A DNA stretch of 64,000 nucleotides, from positions 1,600,001 to 1,664,000 of the forward strand of contig OX638340.1 in the NCBI GenBank assembly GCA_951812955.1. Reading direction: 5' to 3'. The position numbers were made by a program, and so were the translations under genes. Origin of the DNA: an uncultured Gemmatimonadota bacterium (GTDB taxonomy: Bacteria; JAAXHH01). Of the stretch, positions 49,817-58,453 are shown in pieces; the stretch's first letter is position 1; the number at the start of each line of letters is the position of its first letter. Under the pieces are notes generated by a model, which was not told where the DNA came from, did not search any database, and worked only from the letters and a program-made list of their open reading frames with translations.

Positions 49817-51466
49817 CTACCGACAAAAGCAGGAGGTTTCAATGGGGATGTCGGCGCGGGCCTTCGCGAACTCAAGCCTCTGTCGCACCAAGCGAAGCTC
49901 GTTGGCCTCTCCGGCGTGTTCGACGCATTCGACCAACCCCTGGAGCGCCCACACGTTGTCGGGATGCTGGCAGCAGCGCGGCAGGCTTCCGTCGTAGCCG
50001 AGGTCAGAGCGGAACACGGCTTCGGCCTCTTCGAACATGCCCTGCTCGGCGAGGAGGGCGCCCAGGGCGTGGCGGGGGGGATGCATCCAGGCCCAGGGCT
50101 CGGTGTAGTTTAGCGCGTCGTCACGCGAAACGGCAAGGCGCAGGCTGGCGAATGCGCGATCATAGTTCCCTTTTCGGTATTCGAGCTCGCCGTCGAGCAT
50201 GGCCGCGCCGATTCGGAGCATGTCGCGCACCGTGTTGCTGAGGAAGATCGCGTCCTCGGGAATGGCGGCCGCGGCTTTGTCGAACACGTCGCGTGCGGCT
50301 TCCGCCTCTTCGATATGGCCAAGGGCCGCGTGCGCCACACCCTGTCCGTAAGCATGCATGGCGGTTTCGATCGGACGAAGAGATGACTCGCGCGGCCTGG
50401 GCGATGCGATCAGATCATGCCAGCGGCCGAAGCGAACCAGGACGTGTGTGCTCATGGCGCTGTAGCCGTCGAGGATGGAGGCCATGAAAGGCGCGCTCCT
50501 GGCGATCAACTCGGGCGTAGCCATCGCGCGGATCCGGTCGGCGGCATGGGTGGCCTTGCCGAGTTGACCGAGAAACATGGCCGTGTACATATAGAGATGG
50601 AGATCATGACACCGCATAGTGGTGTAGAAGTTCTGGTCTCCGGCATAGGCGAGGTACCTGTCGTCGGCGTAGATCGCCCGTTCGCTCTGAACCACCGATT
50701 GCGCCCAGTCGCCGCAGAGCACGTATATGTGCGCCGACATGTGTTCCAGGTGGCCGGCGTCGGGCAGTAGGCCGCGCAACAGGTCGGCCGCTTTGAGCCC
50801 GCGTTCCGGCATAGGCGACATTTCCAGCATATGGATGTACAGGTGGCAGATGCCCGGATGGATCGGGCCGTTTCGCTCGATCCGCTCCATCCAGGCGTCC
50901 ATCACCGGCAACACCTCGCTCGTGTGGCCGCGCGGGTTGGGCTGTCCGGTCTGCAGGTTCCAAAGCTGGCGCGGCGTGCAGTTCATCGCCGCATCGAAAT
51001 AGAGAGCGACGATATCTGCGTCATCCTCAAACGCCTGGGACGTGTCGCGCATCGCATCTGCATAGTCCCAGTGCCAGGTGTCCAGCACTTCCGTGTCGCG
51101 CTCATCGCCATTCCGGTACCGCGTCGCCAGCGCTTGGATGAGGGCCTGCTCGGCCAGCGTCCCATCGCTGGCCAGCGACATCGCTTTCGTCACCGCTTCA
51201 TGGCAAACCGGCAGGGTCTGGGCGATTTCGGCTTCGGTGTACCTGATCCAAGCGCGGTTGTAGTGGGGTCCGTTCGCATAGGCGATCCCCCACCAGGCCA
51301 TGGCGCAGGAGGGGTCCGCGTCCGTCGCGCATCGGAAGCAGGAAACGGCTTCTTCGTGATTGAAGCCGTAGGTCCAGTTCAGGCCGCGATCGAACCAAAG
51401 CTGAGCGGCGTCCGACTCCGTCGAGATTCTGCGGGACCAGCTTCCGAGATCGAAATCATAGCTCAT
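49817..51466 (-). CDS. Tetratricopeptide-repeat protein (549 aa)
   Basis: Repeated helical TPR-like units (AWWGIAYANGPHY..., ALGALLAEQGMFEEAEAVFR). Confidence 0.5.
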   Translation of the reverse strand: MSYDFDLGSWSRRISTESDAAQLWFDRGLNWTYGFNHEEAVSCFRCATDADPSCAMAWWGIAYANGPHYNRAWIRYTEAEIAQTLPVCHEAVTKAMSLASDGTLAEQALIQALATRYRNGDERDTEVLDTWHWDYADAMRDTSQAFEDDADIVALYFDAAMNCTPRQLWNLQTGQPNPRGHTSEVLPVMDAWMERIERNGPIHPGICHLYIHMLEMSPMPERGLKAADLLRGLLPDAGHLEHMSAHIYVLCGDWAQSVVQSERAIYADDRYLAYAGDQNFYTTMRCHDLHLYMYTAMFLGQLGKATHAADRIRAMATPELIARSAPFMASILDGYSAMSTHVLVRFGRWHDLIASPRPRESSLRPIETAMHAYGQGVAHAALGHIEEAEAARDVFDKAAAAIPEDAIFLSNTVRDMLRIGAAMLDGELEYRKGNYDRAFASLRLAVSRDDALNYTEPWAWMHPPRHALGALLAEQGMFEEAEAVFRSDLGYDGSLPRCCQHPDNVWALQGLVECVEHAGEANELRLVRQRLEFAKARADIPIETSCFCR

Positions 51467-51577
51467 GGTGGGACGCTCGTGGTTGATCGGCGGCTAGGCT
51501 CAACAAGTTGATCGGTGGCCGGGATCGGAAAGTAGGTAGATCATCCACCGTACATGGGCGGCCTTCGGTCGGTGGCT

Positions 51578-52390
51578 TCACGCAGGCTCAAGGTAACCCA
51601 CCGCCTCGGCGGCCTGCGCCCATTCCAAAGTACGATGAAACGTCTCGCGCGTCACCTTCTCAAATCCCTCGATCAGGAGCGACATCCTGAATGGGGAGAA
51701 CCAGGGCCGCGTGTGGGCTACCGCGAAGGCTTCGCGCAGACGATCGACTGTGTGCCGGGGCACCGCGGGCGCCGCGACGAATGCCGGCATCGGCACGGTC
51801 CCGGTTGATTCAAGCACGCGGACTCTCTCCGTCAGTCGTGGCATGTACTTCCTGACAAGCATGTGCCAGTAGGCGTCCAACGGCCCGACGTCGATGCTTC
51901 CGTCCACCACGCTATCGAGAACGCGCCTCGCGGTGACGAGATTGCCCACGGAACGGCCGTAGAGATGCGGACGGTCCTCGCTGCGGTAGGCCAGAAGATG
52001 ATGGCGCAATGCATTGAAGCCCGACTGCGAGTGGGCGACAGTCCAGCCCACGGTACCCCCAAAGGTGTCGGATAGGCTGCGATAAGGCGCGTCGTCGCGC
52101 ACGATCAGGTCGGTTCGGGAACGAGCCTCGCCTCCTGCCCAGGACGCGGCCGGGATCGGCGATGCCAGCGGCACGACGTCGGCAAGGTTGAGTGCGATCG
52201 GGTATCCGCACATTTGCACGCAACCGAGGTCGCTGCGGCGCCAGAGGTCCTCAAGCGGCTGCGGGGCCGGATACGTGACGTAGTCGAACGACGTCCCGGC
52301 GTCCTCCGCGACATGGGCTATGAGTTCTTTCCATGATGCCTCGGCTTCGGGGCTCACGGCGTACATCCGGGCGTTGGAAACGTATGGCAT
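51578..52390 (-). CDS. PhnD/SsuA/transferrin-family substrate-binding-like protein without signal peptide
   Basis: ARMYAVSPEAEASWKELIAHV resembles the phosphonate-binding (PF12974-like) N-terminus. No signal peptide and no adjacent ABC genes. Confidence 0.5.
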   Translation of the reverse strand: MPYVSNARMYAVSPEAEASWKELIAHVAEDAGTSFDYVTYPAPQPLEDLWRRSDLGCVQMCGYPIALNLADVVPLASPIPAASWAGGEARSRTDLIVRDDAPYRSLSDTFGGTVGWTVAHSQSGFNALRHHLLAYRSEDRPHLYGRSVGNLVTARRVLDSVVDGSIDVGPLDAYWHMLVRKYMPRLTERVRVLESTGTVPMPAFVAAPAVPRHTVDRLREAFAVAHTRPWFSPFRMSLLIEGFEKVTRETFHRTLEWAQAAEAVGYLEPA

Positions 52391-52744
52391 CGGGGGAAGG
52401 CCTTTAGGATATCAGACTGACCGCGGTACGCACCGCTCTACCTCGATCAGGTCGGGACGAATGAGGATGGGGTCGTCACGCTCGTAGTAACGCTTTTAAC
52501 CACGATGTCGGAAGTTCCGTATCATACTGAATGTAAAGTGTCTATTGCCACATGTCGAGACCGTATCGGCTGCCCCGAATTCTCTCTTAATGGTCTCCGG
52601 TAATCGTTCAAGAACGCAGCGACAACGGTTTCGCTGAGTAACTCAATGACCGTTCCTATCTTCCCTTATGCAGAGAAAGGAAGCAACGGTCATCAATCTT
52701 CGACCCTGGTGCTTCAGCGAGCGAATCAAAACGCTTGATGTTGT

Positions 52745-52767
52745 GATGAGTATGATATATCATCATA
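52745..52767 (+). promoter_or_regulatory. Palindrome ATGATATATCAT (within GATGAGTATGATATATCATCATAC) 20 nt upstream of the RHH/MazF cassette; candidate autoregulatory operator overlapping a -10-like TATGAT/TATATC
   Basis: Read directly. Confidence 0.4.
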
Positions 52768-52782
52768 CCCAGGAGGGTCGAT

Positions 52783-53022
52783 ATGAAATCCAAGATTGCT
52801 ATTACACTAGACGAGGAATTTGTCAAGCAACTCGACTATTTGGTTATGCAACATTCTTACAAGAACAGAAGCCAGGTCATTGAGGAAGCAGTTGAGGAAA
52901 AGCTGGATCGACTCAAGCGGGGACGACTGGCACGAGAGTGTACGAAACTGGATCCTGTCATGGAAAAGGAGTTGGCCGAAGAAGGACTCGTGGAGGATGT
53001 GGATAATTGGCCCGAATACTAA
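52783..53022 (+). CDS. Ribbon-helix-helix antitoxin (CopG family)
   Basis: MKSKIAITLDEEFVKQLDYLVMQHSYKNRSQVIEEAVEEKL, with AGGAGGG RBS. Confidence 0.75.
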   Translation: MKSKIAITLDEEFVKQLDYLVMQHSYKNRSQVIEEAVEEKLDRLKRGRLARECTKLDPVMEKELAEEGLVEDVDNWPEY

Positions 53023-53345
53023 GGGGTGATATTCGCTGGGCCGACCTGGGGCCCACTCGCGGCCAGGAACAGGCGGGGCGGCGTCCCATGCTCATATTGA
53101 GTCATGAGGTCTTTAATCATCGATCCGGTACGGTGATTGCCATGGCGATAACGAGTCAGCCGCAAAGAGCGGGTTTCCCTCTGACACTTTCTCTGAGTTC
53201 GAAAGATCTACCGAAGCAATCGTGGGTCAAAATCGGCCAGGTCCGAACTCTTTCAGCGGACAGGATTGGCCGTAGGCTGGGCCTTGCGGCCCCGGAGGAA
53301 CTGGATCGGATCGTAGAAGGACTCTGTGAGATTATTGGTCCTTGA
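53007..53345 (+). CDS. mazF: MazF/PemK-family endoribonuclease toxin
   Basis: RGDIRWADLGPTRGQEQAGRRPMLILS matches the PemK/MazF N-terminal consensus. Overlaps the antitoxin by 16 nt. Confidence 0.85.
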   Translation: MARILRGDIRWADLGPTRGQEQAGRRPMLILSHEVFNHRSGTVIAMAITSQPQRAGFPLTLSLSSKDLPKQSWVKIGQVRTLSADRIGRRLGLAAPEELDRIVEGLCEIIGP

Positions 53346-53818
53346 CAGCCAAAACGCACGCAGGTCAGACCGTAAGCCTAAGTCCGCATTTACGGCATTG
53401 AGCAAAATTGGTCAATAACGTAATTACCGTTATGCTCGAAGTGGTTACGAAATCCGCCCGATGACCAGAATCGGAAATTGATTGGCCTGTTGGCGGAATG
53501 AGTCATCCCTGACGCAATTTTACTTTACTATTAGACATCGAGTAAAGCAATCGCTATAGTACCATAATCAGCAGGCAAAGCGCATTGGGGTCGATGACGC
53601 CCAAAATCAGCGCTTAGCACCAACGCGCGATTCCAGTCAATCAGTGCCACAATCGCGATGCTCAATCGCGATCCTCACGGCCATCGTGATCGGGTCTCTG
53701 GCCTGGGCGACGATCTGGACGGCCTCCTTCCGGCGATCACTCCGAGTAGGAAACACCTTCCATCCGCCGCCGGTCGGTCCCCAATCATGAACTTACCCCA
53801 ACGGGAGACCGTATACTG

Positions 53819-55168
53819 ATGACTGCCAACAATAAAAAGAAAACGGTCAACCGCCGGAACTTTCTCGTGCGAGGTGTCGGCGCCCTGGTCGCTCTAATCC
53901 TGGGCACCGGCTGCTCGGACAAAGGCACGGGTCCGGTCGACCCTGTCCCTCCCGAGCCGACGCCGCCCGAGCCGACGCCGCCCGAGCCGACGCCACCTGA
54001 AGATCCGGTCGACGTGATCGTGGTGGGCGCAGGTCTGTCCGGGCTGGTCGCCGCATACGAGTTGGTCCGGGCGGGGCACGATGTCCGGGTTGTGGAAGCA
54101 AGTAACAAAATCGGGGGCCGGGCACAAACGCTGCGCGAGCCCTTCGACGACGGGCTCATCGCCGAAGCCGGTCCGGCACGTATCCCGCCCGACCACGATC
54201 TAACGCTTGGCTACATCGACCACTTCGGCATCGAGACTTCTCCCTTCTATACGCAGGAGGGTGAGTACCTCATCGTCTCCGATCAGGAAAACCGCCGCCG
54301 GGAGACGCCGGAGAGTTTCCTCCGTGGGGGCCGGGACGCGTGGCTCAAGATTCCGGTTGGAACCGATGCCTTGCCTATAGCCTTCGCCGATGCGCTCGGA
54401 GACCGTGTGCGGACCGGCTCGCCGGTGTCAAGGGTGGTCCGGGATGAGACCGGCGTGGTGGCCACCTACGGAATCGGCGACGCGCAGAAACTGAGGGGCA
54501 AACACCTCATCTGCACGGTTCCCCTTCCCGTCATCGACAAGATCGTGTTCGACCCCGTCCTCTCTGAAGCGAAACGAGCGGCCTTCGAAGCCACCTCCTA
54601 CGTGGATGTCACTCGGGTTTATGTCCAGTATGCGCAACGAAGCTGGGAGAGCGGCGGCTTGAACGGATGGGGAGTGGTATTTGAGGAGGGGTACGAGTTC
54701 TGGCATCCCACCTGGAACCAGGGGGGACCTCGGGGTATTCTGATGTCCTACTTGTTCGGAGGCCTGGCGAACGCGGTCGCGGCGATGGATCCCGGCGCCA
54801 TCGTGTCCGACTTCATCAATCGCTTTGATGGCCTGTTCCCCGGCTCGCGCGAGGTTGCGGAACACGGAACCCACTTCGCATGGGAGCACCAGCCCTGGAT
54901 CGGGTCGGCCTTCGCAAGTGGCCGTCCCCTGTTCTCGGAGCACCCTGAATTGGCATCACCCGAGGGGCCCATTCATTTCGCTGGCGAGCACGCATCGGAT
55001 TATCGGGGGTGGATGCAGGGAGCCTTCCAGTCGGGCCTGCGGGCTGCCAAGGAGATCGATGCGACTGTAACAGAGGAGCGCCGCGCAGCCGTGGCAATGT
55101 CGCGGCGGCAGATGGTGCGCCGTATTGCGGGCATCCCGGATGTGCCGGAATGGTTGTTGTTGCCCTGA
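53819..55168 (+). CDS. Flavin-dependent amine oxidase family protein, Tat-secreted lipoprotein with (PEPTPP)3 linker
   Basis: Tat motif NRRNFLVRG and lipobox LGTGCSD. FAD-binding [18 protein letters not shown]-terminal amine-oxidase region. Confidence 0.85.
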   Translation: MTANNKKKTVNRRNFLVRGVGALVALILGTGCSDKGTGPVDPVPPEPTPPEPTPPEPTPPEDPVDVIVVGAGLSGLVAAYELVRAGHDVRVVEASNKIGGRAQTLREPFDDGLIAEAGPARIPPDHDLTLGYIDHFGIETSPFYTQEGEYLIVSDQENRRRETPESFLRGGRDAWLKIPVGTDALPIAFADALGDRVRTGSPVSRVVRDETGVVATYGIGDAQKLRGKHLICTVPLPVIDKIVFDPVLSEAKRAAFEATSYVDVTRVYVQYAQRSWESGGLNGWGVVFEEGYEFWHPTWNQGGPRGILMSYLFGGLANAVAAMDPGAIVSDFINRFDGLFPGSREVAEHGTHFAWEHQPWIGSAFASGRPLFSEHPELASPEGPIHFAGEHASDYRGWMQGAFQSGLRAAKEIDATVTEERRAAVAMSRRQMVRRIAGIPDVPEWLLLP

Positions 55169-55416
55169 TCGTCAAAGGGTGAGTGCGAGCCGGCCCACGC
55201 CCGAAGCGCTGGCGCCAGGAAGCGTGGTGGTATGGACATTGATCAGGCGCCGCTATCGCGCAAGGACCCCTTTCTGGGACGTTCAGCCCCGGAATATTGG
55301 TACGGCGATCGAGGGACTGAACGTGATTATTGGGCCTTGACGCACCGTACCTGTCCGCCTACTTTCCTCACTATAACTGACCAGTCAGGACACTTCGAAA
55401 CGCCCCGGAGACCCCT

Positions 55417-56268
55417 ATGTTCACCCCGGAACAAATCGATCATTACAACCGCGAAGGATACGTCGTCTACCCCGATTTCATTTCCGGGGATGACCTGTCC
55501 AGGCTGCAGGCGGAAATAGATCGGGTATCGAAAGGAAACACGAAGGCAAGCCACGACGCCTCGCGCATGGAAATGGAGCCGAATCAGTCACCGGACGGCT
55601 CGCTTGTGCGCCGCATCTACGAACCGTGTACTTTCTATCAACCCTACAGGGACTTCTCCGAGTCTACTGCGTTGCTGGACTGCGTCGAACAGCTTTTTGG
55701 ACCGAACCTGCTCTTCCACTACAGCAAGATCAACATGAAGCCGCAGAACATCGGGTCCGTCGTGGAGTGGCACCAGGACCTGTCCTACTACCCGCTGACC
55801 AACCGCGATTCGGTGTCCATTCTATTCTACCTCGACGACACGAACGAGGAAAACGGCTGCCTGAAGGTCATTCCTCGGCGCCACACCGCTCCCCTGATGA
55901 GCCACAGTACGGAGGGGTTCTTTCGGGGCAAGGTCACGGAGGAAGTGGACGATGCCGATGCCGATGCCGTGCTGCTGGAGGGCTCCGGGGGCACGGCGAT
56001 TTTCATGAGCGCCATGACGCCTCACGCGTCGGCCATCAACTCGTCGGACCGGCCGCGTAAGACGCTCATCCTCAGCTATCGCGCGGCCGACGCCTTCCCC
56101 ATCCACTGCGGGGTCATGTCGGACAAGGTCGAAGCGCACAGCCGGCTGGTCCGCGGCGAACGGGCGTCACAGGCCCGTTTTACCATGACCGATTTCCCCA
56201 TACCGCGTTATGAAGACGAGGTCGCGTCGCTGTACGATTTGCAGGAGCGGTCGCGGAAGTCGGCGTAG
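55417..56268 (+). CDS. PhyH-family Fe(II)/2OG dioxygenase, paralog 3
   Basis: MFTPEQIDHYNREGYVVYPDF, EWHQD (HxD), and a distal His in MTPHAS. Confidence 0.8.
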   Translation: MFTPEQIDHYNREGYVVYPDFISGDDLSRLQAEIDRVSKGNTKASHDASRMEMEPNQSPDGSLVRRIYEPCTFYQPYRDFSESTALLDCVEQLFGPNLLFHYSKINMKPQNIGSVVEWHQDLSYYPLTNRDSVSILFYLDDTNEENGCLKVIPRRHTAPLMSHSTEGFFRGKVTEEVDDADADAVLLEGSGGTAIFMSAMTPHASAINSSDRPRKTLILSYRAADAFPIHCGVMSDKVEAHSRLVRGERASQARFTMTDFPIPRYEDEVASLYDLQERSRKSA

Positions 56269-56418
56269 AGGTGGAGGCGGCGCAGCATAACAACAAACTC
56301 GCAGTTATTACCCTCGCAGATCATACCCAGCGTATTTAGCCCAGCCAGAAAATGAAAACGCCTCGGAGACTTTCGTAGTCACCGGGGCGTCTTTCATATT
56401 CGGATTTTCAGTACTGAT

Positions 56419-56787
56419 TTACTGCTTCATGCCAGACGGTGAACTATCTTCCGTTTTTACATCGGATTCGTACTTAAAATATCCACTTATCACATCAATC
56501 TTAGTCTCTAACCTATCCATCTTCGTCTCTACCCGGTCAATCTTGTCTTCCAACTTAGTCTCTACCCGGTCAATTTTAGTCTCTACCCGGGCGATCTTGT
56601 CTACCAACTTCGTCTCTACCCGGTCAATCTTGTCTTCCAACTTAATCTCTACCCGGTCAATCTTGTCTTCCAATCTCGACAGTTGATCCCGTGTGCCGGA
56701 CTCTACGAATACATACACAGCAACACAGCCCGTTATCACGGCGGCTTTCATGACTACGTTCATCCAGGATTTCCTGGCCAATTTCAA
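56419..56787 (-). CDS. Small membrane-anchored protein made of 11-residue repeats (KLEDKIDRVET)n
   Basis: N-terminal TM segment (VVMKAAVITGCVAVYVFV) followed by about 6 hendecad repeats. The DNA carries matching 33-bp tandem repeats at 56495-56680. The locus GC is locally low. Confidence 0.6.
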   Translation of the reverse strand: MKLARKSWMNVVMKAAVITGCVAVYVFVESGTRDQLSRLEDKIDRVEIKLEDKIDRVETKLVDKIARVETKIDRVETKLEDKIDRVETKMDRLETKIDVISGYFKYESDVKTEDSSPSGMKQ

Positions 56788-56891
56788 CCTCCCTCGAAAT
56801 CAACCTGTGGTGGATGTCATCAGTACCTGTAGTCATTAGTCAACGTTAGTCTACAAATATCGTATTTAACTTTGATTATTCGCCCGCAGTC

Positions 56892-58388
56892 TCAGGGCAA
56901 ATCCGTGCTCCCCATGAGGTAGCGGTCCACCTCACGGGCGGCGCCCCGGCCTTCGTAGATGGCCCAGACCACCAGGCTCTGACCGCGACGGGCGTCGCCG
57001 GCCGCGAAAACGTTCTCGACGTCGGTGGCATACTTCCCAAACTCGGCCTGGGCGTTTGACCGGCCGTCCCGCGCTACTTCGAGCTGCTCGATCACCGTAT
57101 CCTCGGGACCCGAGAATCCCATAGCCAGCAGAACCAGGTCGGCGGGCCATTCCTGCTCCGTGCCCTTCTTGGGGCTGAAGGGCGCCCCGTTGCTGGGTGC
57201 CGACCAGTCCAGATCGATGGTGCGCAGGGCCTTGATTTTGCCATGCCCGTCGTCGATGAATTCAACGGTGCTGGTGTCGTAACGCCGCGGGTCGTCGCCG
57301 AAGAGGACCTTGCCTTCTTCCTGGCCGTAGTCGAGCTTGTAGACTACCGGCCACTCGGGCCAGGGGTTGCCCGGTGCGCGCTCGGGTGGCGGTTTAGGGA
57401 TGACGTCGAACTGGCTGATCGTCTTGCATCCGTGGCGGATGGCCGTGCCCACGCAGTCGGTCCCCGTATCGCCGCCGCCGAGGACGATCGTGTGCTTGTC
57501 CTTCGCCGAGATGTAATTGCCGTCCGCATGTCCGGAATCCAGCAGGCTTTTCGTGTTGGCGTGGAGGAACTCCATGGCGAAATGGACGCCGTCCAGTCCG
57601 CGTCCCGGCGCGTTCCGCACGAAATCGTTGGGCTTGGTGGCCCCGGTGCAGATGACCACCGCGTCATTTTCGTTCTTCAGGTCTTCGGCGGGGATGTCCT
57701 TGCCGATCTCCACGCCCGTTACGAACTCGACGCCCTCGGCCGTCATCTGGTCGAGGCGGCGCTGGACGACCTTCTCCTTATCGAGTTTCATGTTCGGGAT
57801 GCCATACATCAGCAGGCCGCCGGGCCGGTCGGACCGTTCGTAGACTTTCACGCTGTGTCCAGCGCGGTTGAGCTGTGCGGCACAGGCCAGGCCCGATGGA
57901 CCTGAACCTATGACGGCGACCTTCCTGCCGGTCCGTTCCGGGGGCGGCTCTGGCTGGATCCAGCCTTCTTCGAAACCCCGGTCCACGATGGCGCACTCGA
58001 TGGTCTTGATGGTCACCGGGTCGGCGTTGATACCCAGGACGCAGGATCCCTCGCAGGGCGCGGGGCAGACGCGTCCGGTGAACTCGGGGAAATTGTTGGT
58101 CTTGTGGAGCTGCTGGAGGGCTTCTTTCCAGTGGTTCCGGTATACCAGGTCGTTCCAGTCGGGGATGAGGTTGTGCAGAGGGCAGCCCGATGCGCCAGGG
58201 CCCTTGCCCATAGGCGCCCCGGTGTGGCAGAAGGGGATGCCGCAATCCATGCAGCGCGCGCCCTGCTCCCGCAGCGAATCATCCGCCATGGGCAGGACGA
58301 ATTCTTCCCAGTCTCCTACGCGTTCTACGGGGTCCCTGTAACCTGCCGTACCCCGTGCAAACTCCATGAAACCTGTGGTTTTACCCAT
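56892..58388 (-). CDS. gltD: Glutamate synthase (NADPH) small subunit
   Basis: Fe-S Cys cluster (CMDCGIPFC...CPLHN), FAD/NAD(P) Rossmann VAVIGSGPSGLACAAQL. Confidence 0.95.
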   Translation of the reverse strand: MGKTTGFMEFARGTAGYRDPVERVGDWEEFVLPMADDSLREQGARCMDCGIPFCHTGAPMGKGPGASGCPLHNLIPDWNDLVYRNHWKEALQQLHKTNNFPEFTGRVCPAPCEGSCVLGINADPVTIKTIECAIVDRGFEEGWIQPEPPPERTGRKVAVIGSGPSGLACAAQLNRAGHSVKVYERSDRPGGLLMYGIPNMKLDKEKVVQRRLDQMTAEGVEFVTGVEIGKDIPAEDLKNENDAVVICTGATKPNDFVRNAPGRGLDGVHFAMEFLHANTKSLLDSGHADGNYISAKDKHTIVLGGGDTGTDCVGTAIRHGCKTISQFDVIPKPPPERAPGNPWPEWPVVYKLDYGQEEGKVLFGDDPRRYDTSTVEFIDDGHGKIKALRTIDLDWSAPSNGAPFSPKKGTEQEWPADLVLLAMGFSGPEDTVIEQLEVARDGRSNAQAEFGKYATDVENVFAAGDARRGQSLVVWAIYEGRGAAREVDRYLMGSTDLP

Positions 58389-58453
58389 AACTATCTTAGC
58401 TACTCTCTGATTCGCGATCGAGTTCCTGCGAGAATCCGTTTACGCTTCGCGCG

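Noticed and set aside
49694-50113. 139-aa plus-strand ORF
   Set aside because: Antisense to the TPR protein gene, with no RBS or motifs.
56495-56680. CRISPR array interpretation of the 33-bp tandem repeats (and of the 36-bp repeats at 1-144 and 1417-1488)
   Set aside because: The repeats are contiguous without spacers. The longer two are in-frame coding repeats, and no cas genes are present.
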